Assembly (NCBI GenBank): GCA_965112155.1
Contig: OZ218098.1
Reading direction: 5' to 3' (one strand)
From: Podarcis liolepis
Taxonomy: Eukaryota
Length of the DNA stretch: 64,000 nucleotides
Position numbers and translations under genes: made by a program
The notes under the pieces: generated by a model
Told to the model about the DNA's origin: nothing
What the model saw: the letters and a program-made list of their open reading frames with translations, nothing else
The model's database searches: none
Shown: positions 37,290 through 49,937 of the stretch, in pieces
Layout of the letters: every line of letters starts with the position of its first letter
Position numbering within the stretch: the first letter of the stretch is position 1

Positions 37290-38620
37290 TACTAAGGGGG
37301 CGGGAGGTGTCGATCAGCCATCGATGGAGATTGTTTGATGCGCGCGGAGGGGGGGGGGGAGAAGAGAGGGAAGACGCTGCGCTTTAATCATCCACGAGCA
37401 GAACATTTGGGGATGGGAGCGAGACCCAGGGCTGGTGTTCCCCTCCCTTAAAAAACCCTCTGTCGTTGAGGCTCCCACGTCGAAGGGGAAGGCGTCGATT
37501 ATCGATTGGGAGCAAGAGGTGAAGGCTGAGCGACTCGCAGGATCGATTAGGGTTAACGCCGCGAGGAGGGGGAGGGACCGCTGGCCAGCCCTCGAAGCAG
37601 GCCAGGGCAGCGCTGTCCTTCGCGGTCCGCTTGGGCGTGAGGGCAGGTTCGGGTCGCGGCTGCGGCACGTGCGTCTCCGCCCTCCCCCCGTCGCCACCCC
37701 CCAGCAGCGCGCGGCCCGAACTCGGAGCGCTCCCCGGCGGCTTGGAGGGAGCTGGTCGAGGCAGCGCCGCGTCGCCCTGCGCCCCTACGCGCACTGCGGG
37801 GCTGGAGAGTCCGCGCTACCGTTTGCCGCTGCCGGAGAGGCGCGCGAGCTGGCGGGCGCGGGGGGGCGGGAGGTGAGAAGGAGGAGGGAGAGGAGGAGGG
37901 GGGCGGTGTCGCCGCCGCCGCCGCCGCCGCCGCCAGCGCTCAGCAGGTCGGGAAGCCGCGTGCGGCGGGTCAGTGCTGCGAGGGGAATCTATCCGGCCGG
38001 CACTGCCGCCCCGCAGGGTCCTCGCCCCTCTTTTTGCCTCCCGCCGCCGGCGCCGCGGCGCGCAGGGCTCTGCAGAGGCTGCGATCGACGAAGCAAGGGG
38101 GACGCGACGCGCCTGCACCAACCTCGGCTGTCGCCCGCCTGCCCGCGTCCCTCTCTCCCCTCTCCATTTTCCTCCGGCTGGGAAGGACACCCCCCTCACT
38201 CCCCATCCCGCTCCTCGGTCGCCTCCGGGTGGGGGCTGGAGTGTGAACGGGGATTCCCACTTCGGGGCGAAGCGGGATCCCTCGCCCGGCAGCAGCAGCA
38301 GCAACGATGACGCGCCTGAGCTGGTGCTTCGCTTCCCTGATCCGCTGGGGAAAATACTTCTTCTCGTGCTTCCTGCCCCTGCGATTCTGCCTGCACCGGG
38401 AGGTAAGCGGGGCTGCATTGGCGGGGGGTGGGGGGAGAGATGGCGGCGTCACCTCGAAAAAGCTGCGTAGTGTGAGGGAGTTCCGAGTTAACTGGCGAGA
38501 AGAGCCCGCCACGCCACCCGCAGCAGCGCGATCATGAAGACACATCGGATCCCCCCTCCCCAATCGAGTTTCCCCAGTCCTTTCCCCGTGCGTGCTGCAT
38601 AAAACTGGCTCGCGCCTTGA
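37290..38620. promoter_or_regulatory. TNS1: CpG island: promoter and first exon
   Basis: Very high GC and CpG density against a CpG-depleted background; GC boxes; CACGTG near 37666; surrounds the first coding exon. Confidence 0.9.
38307..38402 (+). CDS. TNS1: First coding exon of tensin-1 (alternative N-terminus, 32 aa)
   Basis: ACGATG Kozak context with no upstream ATG seen in 37860-38306; phase-0 GAG|GTAAG donor. The peptide MTRLSWCFASLIRWGKYFFSCFLPLRFCLHRE closely resembles the recalled mammalian TNS1 isoform N-terminus. Exon 2 was not found in the window. Confidence 0.8.
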
Positions 38621-41600
38621 TTGTTCAGTTCACCGCCCCCCCTCTTCTGCACAGGCTTAGTCGTCTGTCCACCAGGCGTGCTTGCCTCGGGGCCACCAAG
38701 TCCCCTGCAACCGCTGCCCGAGCGTGGTCTGTCCAACTCTCCCTTGGATGCATGCACACGCACACAACCGTGACATGTTCGCTGGCTCGCAGACTGCAGA
38801 AGCGCCCTCGTGCTCATCAGCTGCTGAGCGGGACATAGTCGCTGTAACATGGAGCACTGCACACACACGTCTCAAGCCACTTAAGGCTTATGTACCCTTT
38901 AGCACACACGCACTCTCTACCATGCACTTGGATCTCTGCACACCCACCAGCTCACCCACATAATGCACCTCTCTTTGGCGCCTGACAAATTCACACAGGT
39001 TCCTACAGCAGAAGGGGGGGGGGGGAGGCAACTTGCTCCTGAATTCAGCGATTCCACTGCTCAGAAGGAGCCAGGTGCAGAGCGCACACAGTCTAAGCGC
39101 TGCACATAGGTGCTGGGGGTGGGGGGCTACTGACCAATCTCCTCCTGCCTGATTTGCACATTGGTTATACAGTCAGAGAGATGCTTCTGCCGGCTGCTCC
39201 AAGGGCCTGTCTCACCCTATCCACACACCTCGCTTATCCTATTGCTTCTGTGGCTCTTTCTTTCCTGGCTCCCTTTGGGAATGTCACCACCAGGGGACCA
39301 GGAGAGATGATGCTGTCGGGAGCTGCCATCAGTTTGCTGCTGCTGCATTGTTGGGAAGGTTCTGAACAAAAGGGCTGCTGCTGGTGAAACAACAGTGAAA
39401 GCTACCCAGATATATATAACAGGTGGGGTGAGGCAGGCAGGATTGCAAAGCAGGTTCCAGGTGGCTGTATTCCAGTATCAAACTGCACACTAAAGACCAC
39501 ACTCAAATCAAATGTAGGCATATATAGGGCCCTGCAGTGATCCTGCTTCGGACCTGCCTGGCCAAGTGTCTTGTGTCTTCCCTAAGCCAGCAGGGGGTGA
39601 CACATCACAGCAACATACCACTTGTTACTTGGGTATCCCAGAGACAGATGCTGGTTTCTGCATCTGTAAGAAGCCAGGCTTTTCTTTTCTCTTTGTAAAA
39701 TCTCACCATATATCTTGAAGGAGAGCATGGTGACCATGGTACAAGTAAAGGATCTGTCTGTCTGGAGAACAGTCATTGATGGAATGTCAGAAGTGTGTCT
39801 GTCCTGGGGAAATGATGGGTAAGGTTTTCACATCCATCTCAGCAGGAGGATGAATTGAAGGGGGCGGGGGGGGGGGGAGAGAATTCCTTTGGAATGCCTC
39901 CCCCTTCCGCAAGCTCTGTGGAATGCAATAATAAAGTAAAATAAGACCAAGTTCTTCTAAACTATTTTTTTCTCCCAGCCTCTTTTCCTTCCTTGTCCCC
40001 CTCCCTTGATTTTTTAAAATGTTCTTTCCGGTTTCTCAGTCATGTCATCACCAGGGCAATGGGAAAGCAGCATGGGTGACCAGCAGCACCTTTTAGGACC
40101 CTCCAGCTCACAAGCTCCTCATGGAGCAGATTTGCAACCCATTCTGCTGTCTTTGATCTGAGGGGGAAGGGAGTCGGTGGCCTGGCATCTTCTGCAGAAG
40201 CTCTCCTGGGAAGGGTTTCTGGTGAAGTTTGGGCGTGCATTTGGATGAGCCTTAAGGATGTTTTGGGCCCTGAACATCTTCTGCTTTTGAAGTGGAATTG
40301 GCTTGCCTTTGCAGCTGTCTGAAGCATGTTCTGTGTGTTGCCCCAAATGACTGCAGTTCCTGGTATTGAGGCTAGAGGAAGATACCTTCCCAGCACTGGT
40401 GACCCCTATGTCTCTCCCGCACCCCAATGTTTCAAGGCCCCCATGCTGAGTGTGCAGGAGCCAGGAGGGATTAGGGATATTCTTGTGGGTGGAGGGTGGG
40501 GGAGGAAGCTTTGCCAAGACTGTAGATGTGAAACACAACAGGGGAACATGGCATCATGAATCTGTTACTAGGGCTGTCCATACTTTGCAGTAAACTAAAA
40601 TAAGATGAAAGTTCTGCATCAGTGAAACCCATATTCTGGCCTGTGAAGATCTGAATTCTGTGAATTGAATAAATTGAGCAGATGTGCATGTATTTGCTTA
40701 TTTTGCATAATTTGTGCTCATAAAAAGGGGAAAACACACACAAAGCCTTCGCCTTCAATGATTTAAAATCCTGCTTAGTCCTCTCTCAGGATCTGCAGAT
40801 ATCTTGCTAGCTTCTGCTCACAGTTAAGAGACCAAGAGAAAGCTGTGTGGTTATGTGTTCCTCCCCAGCAGGTCCCCTCCCCAGAAACAAATTACATTCT
40901 TTTGTCATAACCACAGTTACAGAATATGTCAGTTCTCCCCACTCCCATGGTAACCAGGGTTAAGGCCACTATGCTTCCCTTTTAAACAATTTTGTTAATC
41001 AGATTCAGACTCTGGTTTCAAGTTCTCATTAAAAAGAGAGGGTTAATGTCAGTGATGGCCAGTTCCTTAACCAGGGCTAAAGCAGGAGAGAGGAGTTTGC
41101 TGTGTGGACTAAGCATGCAGTCAACCTCAGCTGAAGTATCAGTAGCCAGTATTGTGGAAACCATAGTTGCAGCAGCACTGGCTCTCAGCTTCCTGACATT
41201 TTGCCAATGTACTTTCAAGTCTATCATTGCAGTCCTAAGGCCCAGAAACTTTATTTGTAATGAAACCTGAGTTTTGTAAGAGACAAAATTTAATGTGGAA
41301 TACCGGATTCCTTACTTACAATGCAGTGCAGTTGTAGAATCACACAATACACAAAACCGTGCTTGCAAAAGGCAATTGACTGTGATAAACATGCAGGCAT
41401 TTCTCATTTATTCTGAGGGATCACAGTATATTTCTTACAGCTATCACATTTGTTGCTGAAGAATCACACTTTTCCAACAACCAAGACAACAGTATTTTGT
41501 TTCTTAGCTAATGTTCCTGTTGTATTGATGAATGCTGTGCAGAGAAAATGGTGGAATGAGTGTCATAAATACCTATTGGCTAGTGCCCATGCCATCTCTG

Positions 41601-44053
41601 ATGATGTACCATATAACTTTTAATCCCTCCTGCTTGTGGTATTTTAAAATGAGCCAGGGGAAAGCTATCCCTCCTGCATCATAGCTATCAACTGTGTATT
41701 CTAGGGATCAGCAATTATAGCACCAAATGCAATCAAAACCCTCAACTGGGAGTAAGCCCCATTGACTTCAATAGGAGAAAGCAGATGTTAGGATAGTGCC
41801 ATAAGATGCTGGGAGAAGGGAAAGAGCACGTGGGACCCACAATTAGAGTGAGCAGTGTAGGTTGGAGTGGGAAAGGGAAAATGGAGAGTTTAATCTTCAT
41901 GCTGGTATAAGCAGCCATATCTGCACACCGGTGGAAACAGGATACTGGTCTGAATGGCCTGTAAAGAGCTCTAAAAGCTCGGGTTATCCAGCCCAAATTG
42001 AGGTGCACCATCAGAGCTGGAGGTGGGAGGAACTAGGAGGGCAGAATGCTAAAGAGAGAGCACCCCCCCTTTTCAATCCCAGTTGTCTGAGACCCAGTGG
42101 TAGCTGCAGTTTCCTTCACAGAGCAGTGCTGTGTGGCAAGAGTCCCCAGCAGCAGCAGCGGGAAGAGGAGAAGGAGGCAACGGGCTTTTCTTCTTCCCTT
42201 TGCCCTTGCAGGGTCCTTTAGCAAAGTGGCTTGTTCCGACTGAGTGAAGCTGTTGCCTTGCACCACGGGCACTTTGCAGCCCAGCTTCCCTGCGCTGCCT
42301 CTTTTGTCATGATGATTAGCTCTCCCCTCTCTGCTTGCTTAGCAGGGAGTTTAGGGGCCAAGTTGTATTGCTGCTGCTGCTGAGAAGCTTCTGCCATCCT
42401 CACCACCACGCTGCAGTAGCTTTCCTGGGCTTCTGCTGCAGCCAAAGCAATGCCTCCGGAGATGGGGGGTGGATTGGGGAGGGGAGAGAGAGAAGGCAGC
42501 TGTTGTATTTGGTGCAAGAAGTGCTTTGAGCAAATTGCTTAGCTGTAGGGTGTATAGCAAAGGCCAAATTGGTTCCAGTGCAGTGGGACCGGACCACACA
42601 GGCTTGCTAGCAGACAGCAGTGAGGGGCCAGGGCATTTAGCTCATGCCTTCTCTCTCCACCCCAGAGCCCTTTGTGCTTGCTGTGCTTCTGAGGCCCTGA
42701 AGGGGGTGCTGTGCTGTGCAGTGACACTTGCGTTGCAGGGGGCTCAGGAGTTGTTTTCATACCATTATTCTGGGGCAAGGGTGGGGAACCTGTGACCTTC
42801 CAGATACTGCTGAACTGCAGCCCCCATCAGCCCTGACCATTGGCCATGCTGGCCAGGGCTGGTTGTTGTCTAATGATAGCTGGCAGCCACCAGGTTTCCC
42901 CTCCCATACCCCTGTTTGGGGGCAACAGTGAATGTCCACTAAATTCTTGGTGGCGGACTGCAGGTCTCTGATGCCTCAGGCTCCCCCTGGCTTAACTCAA
43001 GGGATTTGGCTTGCATAATTGATTTCTTTTATCATTTGTTGACAGTATTTATAACCTGCTCTTCATTGAATTTTTTTTCAATCCCGGAGTGGGGAAACAA
43101 TGTAATAAAAATAAACAGAGAAAAAACAATAGTATTCACAGATTACAAAATAATATAAACAGGTCAGATAAACAACAGATTTGCCGTTCCGCCATGAGGT
43201 AGATGTGAAAAACTATGACAAAAATTGTAAGCATTCCAGTTTAACCAAATACCTAGGTAAAAAACAAACACAAGACATTCAAACAGATTAAACAACCATT
43301 GGTCTTAGCAAGAATCCCCACCCTATTTTTCACTTATGGGAGCCCACTCACTCCCCCTCTGTCTCTCTCACACAAAGAGGGCCCCACTCTGTGTCAACAG
43401 ACTCACTCAGTGGCTTTTGAGCAATTTAAGATCTTTCACCCGCCTCCAACTCTTCATCCCATCCAAACTCTCACCCTGAGTGGCACAGAAGCATCACATT
43501 CCTTAGAGCAGGCCTGAGCCAAAACTGGGAGCAAGGGAGGCAATTTTGGCTCCTTGTATCTGCAGGGCAGGGGCTACCAGAGGAAGTCGTCCTGAGTGTT
43601 TTTTCCAATGTGAAGCTGCAGTAGACCCCCGGGAGCTTCTGTGTTAATAAAGCCTGGATGTTGAGCACGTGGGAGAAGGAAGAGAGGAGGGGCAGTTGTG
43701 ATGTGAATGAGCATTGTGGCCAGTCTTGGACTTGCTTTCACATGGCTGAAGGTGGCCACAAATGTGAATCAAGTAAGAACTGATTTAAGAACCAACTTGT
43801 GTGTAGAAACCAGCTTCAGTTTGGGATTTGGAATGGAAAAGTAACAAGGTAGGAGGGGGTGCTTTATCCTTTTCCCTTCCACTACATCTTCCTCTCGAGT
43901 CGCTTTCCCCCTGTGGTGTTCCAGAGACACCACTGTAAGAGTATTGCAGACCTGGAAAGCTGCTGGCTGTAGTTGTGGTAGAAAAACAGTAGTCAGTTCA
44001 AAATTGCCTGCTTCTGCAGTTATTGTTCCCTAGAAGAAGAAGCTAGCTAGGTT

Positions 44054-44094
44054 TTCATTCATTCATTCATTCATTCATTCATTCATTCATTCAT
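44054..44094. repeat. (TTCA)n microsatellite
   Basis: Directly visible. Confidence 0.95.
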
Positions 44095-47000
44095 ATGATT
44101 TATATCCCACTCTTTAGGCAATAAGGGCAGCTCACTAAACAAAGAAACAGTAGTTAGACTGTGCAATTGTTGGTAACATATTATCCAGCCTTTTGCCTTC
44201 TATATCTGTACGGGGAGAAAAGCCTACAGGCCACAATCTTGCATCCAAAAATGTTTAACACAAGCCTTTTTAAAATGGAAAAGAAGCATTTGGAGGGGGA
44301 AAGCTATACTGTGGTGGGTGCTTAACCCTGTCATCACCCATGGTTTCTCTACCTAAATGCCTTCCCATCTCACAGGCATGCCTTGGCTGTGGGCAGGGTT
44401 GGGTGTCCTTATACAGTATTTGGAACCAGGGTGGGTGAGTGAGAGGGACAGCTTTTGGGAAGAGGATGATATGGAGTGAAGTTGTGGATGGGGAAAGCAT
44501 TAAGCACCCCTTCACTCCTCTGCTTCAGATTCCCCTTCTGAAGCTATTGTTTGTGATGCTGCACAACAGGGCACACAGTGGGTATATTTCTGGCCCAGTG
44601 GTGCATGGGATTGCAAGCTTAGGTGACTCCTTCAGTTTCACAGGTATGCACTGGCTATGAGCACAGGTCTTGCTGCTGTTGTTGCTTTTATGTTTATGTG
44701 TACTGCATTCACATGTGCTGGGAAGTGCATTTATTACTCACAGCTTCCCAGGCTGCAAATAACTGGCACAGAAATTGACCAAATGAATGTGTAGGGAAAA
44801 TCCAGAGTGTAAGATGATAAGGAGATGGAACTTGACCTACAAATCCCTTTCCTTGTTTCACTAACCCCAGTGACCTTTTGCCTTGTAGCAAAAAGAAAGA
44901 GAAGAAAAATAGGTCACATATTTTAATATATGCTTTCATTTGGATTGTATTTCAAAGGTTGCTTCCGGATGACCTGTTTATTGAGCATTCAGCCTGATTT
45001 GTTTGCAGGCTAGATGACGCTGGCTATTTAATTAGCATTCATCCTGACATCATTGTGGGGAGGTTAAATGATGTGGCATCAAAACAAGCCTTGACCCATG
45101 GTTTCCAGCGCATTTTCCCATCACTTTCCTTATTACCAAAAATCTGATTTGGGAGGGTGGGATTTGTTGTGCAGGAGTGCCAAATAAACTGAGATTATGC
45201 ATCCTGAATTTGCCAGTATTTGATTGAATCCCACCCCCAAATAGCAACAAGTCTGCAAGGACGCCAAGTGTGTGTCAAAAAGTGAAAACTTAAGGTATTT
45301 CAGCTGAAGAGTGCATTTAAAAGTTTATTGTGATCTGTACAGATGTGATGTGAGCTCACCCTTTACAAGCTTATCTTAATGGGCAGTAACTTGCTTAAAT
45401 GCTCTTTCTGTCACTTTTGATCAGTCTTCCCCAACCTGGTGCACTCCAGATGTTATTGAGATTCCAGCTCCTGTCAGCCCCAGCCAGCATGGCTGACAAT
45501 CAGGGGTGCTGGGAGCTGTAGCCCACCAACACCCAGAGGGTGTGGTCTGTTGTAGAAGGTATCTTAGATGATCTCACCAGAATAAAAGCTCTTTGGCTGC
45601 AGAGGTTGCTCCCAATTTAGGGTATCTGTTGCTCAAAATGTTTTGGGATAATTTCCACTGTCCTGATTTTCATGCATAGAAGTGCTTCTGCAACTCACAG
45701 CAAAGCAAGCAATGTGGGTATTTATTCCAAGATGCAGCCATCATGCCAGCCTCTCTGAGACAGGAGTGGTGATGATGGTGGAGTACCCTTGACTGTGCCA
45801 GTCTGTGCCATTCCCTCCTCCCTCCTTTCTCCGTTTGACTGTTCATAGTGCCTGTGTGATTTCACATAACTCAGGAGGAATTGGGTTTTGCTACATCAGC
45901 AACGTCCCTGGTGAAATGAGCGCATCCCGGCATCAGCGTGTCCTCCGCTGACCAGAGATAAGCAGAGCACTTTTACGGAGGTGTGTATGACTGTACCCTG
46001 TCACAGTAGATTCAAGTGGGTTCTCTCCCCCCTCCCCGACATTATCTGTAGCATTTAAAAACACAGATTTGATATGGATTGCAGGAACTCTCTGCTGGCT
46101 GCAGCTCAGTGTCAAATGCACTTGCATTGGAAGATGCATGGCTTCTGAGGGCGTTGCGTGAAGTGGCTCTTGTTTTTAAGGGCACATACAAATGTACCTG
46201 GAAAACCACATATTCCACGTCCCCCCCACCCCCTGGCAGTTCCTCCCTGCCTTTTCACTGCAAATGACAGACTGTCATTGTTCTTCCTCATGTACATCGG
46301 GCAGACTGTCCACCTCTTCATTCTTTTAAACGTGCAGCATCAGGGCTGTTGTCAGCACAGAGCTGACAGAGTCTGAGCATCTGAACAGGACCCACTCCTG
46401 ACACCTTAATTCCCCCCTCCTTGTGCTACAATAAATCCTGGAAGGCTGGGGTTAGGGGAGCCACTCTTAAAATTCCCCACAATCCAACCAACATAGCATT
46501 GCTTTTTTGGCATTGTAGGAAATTAAAATGGTGGCTCTCTCAGACACGCCTTGGAGTATTTGTTCTTTTTGTGTATGTGTGTAAGCGTTTAGGGGTTTCC
46601 AGTGGTGAGCACTTTGCTGAAGGCCCCATCAAGCCCAGAGATGGCCCAGTGCAAGGCATACCCTTGTTCAACTGAATATTTATTCATTAGCTTATTTGTT
46701 GTTGTTTTTTAATCTTAGAGAGAGAGAAGTTAAAAACTGCTGTGGGAAGAGATGACAAGATGATCTGTGACAGAATAGATACAAACCAGTAGGGACTGTG
46801 CACAGTCAATTTCTGCTGGAAGCTGGCAGAATTGGCTTTCCCTGAGCTTGATACAAGGGAGGAGAGAATGCGAGTGCATCTCCAGACTGGTGTTGGTGGT
46901 TGTTGTTTTTTGGTGGGTGTATTTTGCAACATGTCATTACCCCATTAATAGTTAATTAGTGGTGGGTTCATATTGGGCATTCCATTTTGTGAGTTGTTCT

Positions 47001-47735
47001 GCAATGCTTCCCCAATGTTATCACATTATATCCTTCTGCCGAGGGGGATGAGTGCAGTCTTGTACTGTAGTGCAGCAAAAGTGAGATAAAATGATAATAA
47101 ACCAGAACGTTTATGGAATAAATGCAGATAAAAGCTTTCAGCAGGAACTTATGGAACATATACTGATTGGAAACAAAGCAGTTTGTCCACCTGGAAACTT
47201 TTGCAGGTCAAACAATATAGAAAGCAGGATCATGTGTAACTGCCCTGATGCCATCACGAGCATGAATCACGAATGCATAATAAAAATGATGTCTGGAGGG
47301 ACCCAAATAATTCCCACCATGACTGATATTATGCCTGTTTGTACAAGTCCCAAGAAATGTGAAAAGGTTGTTTTGACAAGGTGTGTAAATTTCCCTGCAG
47401 GAGATATGAGCTCTTGCAAGGAGTTTGGATTTGTCAGCTTAGCAACTGCAATGCTTCTCTTGCATGCGCTAATTGCAGACAGCATTATCTAAGACTGCAT
47501 TATGGAGGAACAAATGCAGCAAAACTTTCATTGAGGTGATGTGCACCCAGCATGCTGGCACACAGGTAGTGGTGCTAGATGTAACTGATGGGAACAAACC
47601 CAGAATGGAAAGTGGTAGGGACATGATTGGTCCTTAGCATGGTTGTCTTCATGCTAAGGACAAAGAGGAGAAAATGGGCTTGGCACACCCAAGTTTTGTT
47701 ACACCTTGCAAGTCTTCTGTCAGGACTTCTCTATA

Positions 47736-47963
47736 CAGTGGTACCTTGGTTTACAACCATAATCCGCTCCAGAGGTCCGGTTGTAAACCAAAACATGTTG
47801 TAACCCAAGGTGCACCTTTGCCAATGGGGCCTCCCCCCAAAATTGGTTGTAATCCAAAAAAATGGGTTGTAATCCAAAAAAAGGGACACACACTTCTGGG
47901 TTTGATGTGGTTGTAATCCAAAGCAGTTGTAATCCAAAGCGGTTGCCAACCAAGGTACCACTG
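47736..47963. mobile_element. Tc1/pogo-type MITE, second family
   Basis: TIRs CAGTGGTACCTTGGTT...AACCAAGGTACCACTG, TA TSD, internal GGTTGTAATCCAAA repeats. Confidence 0.9.
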
Positions 47964-49234
47964 TAGTGGCCTCTTGGTGAAGAGGAAGTGCTGCTGTTCT
48001 ATTCCTACCCCTGTTCCCGATGTAGATCTTTATTTCCCCCTTGTTCCTGATGTAGATCTTCACTCACCCCTTCTTCCCTGGTGGAGGTTGGGGGGCATCA
48101 TCTTGTAGTTCGCTTCAGCTGCTAGATTGTCTTGGGCCAGCTCTGTGTTGGGTGGGGGTTTGAACCAAGCTGTGGCCCATTTGCTCATGCCCATCCCCTT
48201 TGATTTTGACACATATTCCCTCCTCCCAAGCACTTTCAGCTACTGTCCCTGAAGCCATTTGGTTTTGTTTTCCTTTGTGAATCTGCTGCCAAGGGGGATT
48301 AGCATCAGAACTTGGCTTAGGCATCCTGCTTGGAACAGGTATCTTTGCTTTATGTGATCCCCATGCGCCTGAGAGTCGATAATTGGGCACTCATTTGGCT
48401 GCCTGCCTGCGATCTCCTTGAGGGGGTGGCAGAGGAATGTATGCGGGGTGGGGAGGGGGAAGGGGAGGGACAATGTTTACCTTGTCACTTTTATTGGCTT
48501 TTAATTAAGAATCAGAGCAGAGTGGATTTGCATAAGTGACACTGCCTGTCTGTCTCCCATCAGCACATAGATGGCCTCACAAGATTTTGTCCAGTGGCTT
48601 CTCTACAGCAGTGTAGGGCTGTTTGCTCCTGAACGGTTCTGCTTCAAGCGGAGCAGAGCTGCATAAGTTTCTCCTCTCACTCTGCATTTCCTGCCCCCAA
48701 CCCCTTCACCCCTGAGTCCCATTCCTACTTTTTTCTCCAAGGTCGTGATCTCTGGTGTCCCAGCAAGAGGTAAAGGGCATCACACATATGGTGACCTAAG
48801 AGGGTGAGATATTCCCCCTGGAGCCCAAGGCTGCCTGCTTACACCTTGAAACCTGAGCAGTATGATGACGAAACCATTCTTCTTACTGCTGGATGACAAA
48901 TGTCATACATACGGCAGACAAAGCAAACAGATCAGCAAGTGACCTACCTGGCCGCCCCAACAACTAGGGGGAAAGAGTGCGTTAGCCAGGGGGGCGGTGG
49001 TGTGAAGCAATTACTTTTTGTTGGCTAAATAACACTGCTCCGGTGTGCATTTGATTTTGGGAAATTCACTTAGCTTTTCTTTGCCTTTGTTCCCTCTTCT
49101 GCCTTTGTCTGTAATATGTGGCTTGGCTCACTTTCTTGAGTCACCTGGGAATTTTTTGCTTGGAGGGTGTTGCTATGTAGTGTACACATCTGCCTCCTAA
49201 TTGTGGCACACCATGGCCAGGAATTGGTCTGGTG

Positions 49235-49484
49235 CGGGGGTCAGCAAACTTTTTCAGCAGGGAGCTGGTCCACTGTCCTTCAGACCTTGTGAGGGGCCGG
49301 ATTATATTTGAAGAAAAGAAGAAGAATGAATTCCTATGCCCCACAAATAACCCAGAGATGCATTTAAATAAAAGGACACATTCTACTCATGTAAAAACAC
49401 GCTGATTCCTGGACCGTCTTTGGGCCTGATTTAGAAGGTGATTGGACTGGATCCAGCCCCCAGACCTTAGTTTGCCTACCCATG
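49235..49484. mobile_element. hAT-type MITE
   Basis: 8-bp TSD GTCTGGTG; inverted copy of 6145-6396. Confidence 0.9.
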
Positions 49485-49671
49485 GTCTGGTGTGTGGTGG
49501 GCCGATGCATGCAGGTGATTGTGCCCTGTGGGAAGAGATTGGATTAGGCAGCTGTTTGGGTTCCTTTTAAGTATTTGATCCTAAGAACAAACAATCAGGG
49601 AGATTAAAGACCTTACAAAAGAGTGGGCTTCCATTTTCAAAAAAACAATAGAAGGCCTCTTGGTCCAACAT

Positions 49672-49937
49672 AGGAGGCAGTGATGGGTCCTGACATGGGT
49701 GACTTTAAAAGAGGATTAGACAAATTCATGGAGAACAAGGCTACTAGCCATGCTGGCTATGTTCTACCTCCACTGTCCTGCATTATGTCTCTGGATACCA
49801 GTTGCTGGGAATCTCAGGTGGGCAGAGTGCTGTTGTGCTCACGTCCAGCTTGCAGGCATCTGGTTGGCCAATGTAAGAACAGAATGCCGATCTAGATGGG
49901 GCCATTGGCCTGATCCAGCAGGCTCTTCCTATGTTCA
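49672..49937 (+). mobile_element. CR1 LINE 3' fragment
   Basis: Translates to FKRGLDKFME (CR1 ORF2 end), followed by a 3'UTR ending CTCTTCCTATGTTC. Confidence 0.8.

Noticed and set aside
37314-38563. Many long overlapping ORFs (up to 291 aa) on both strands
   Set aside because: An artefact of stop-codon scarcity in the CpG island; low-complexity R/P/A/G content and mostly non-ATG starts.
11691-47846. CArG boxes at 11691, 17662, 35275, 45612 and 47837
   Set aside because: The count is about what chance predicts in 64 kb, and two lie inside repeats.
47999-48070. ~30-bp tandem duplication (similar ones at 26075-26110 and 52654-52747)
   Set aside because: Ordinary local slippage duplications; not an array or CRISPR.
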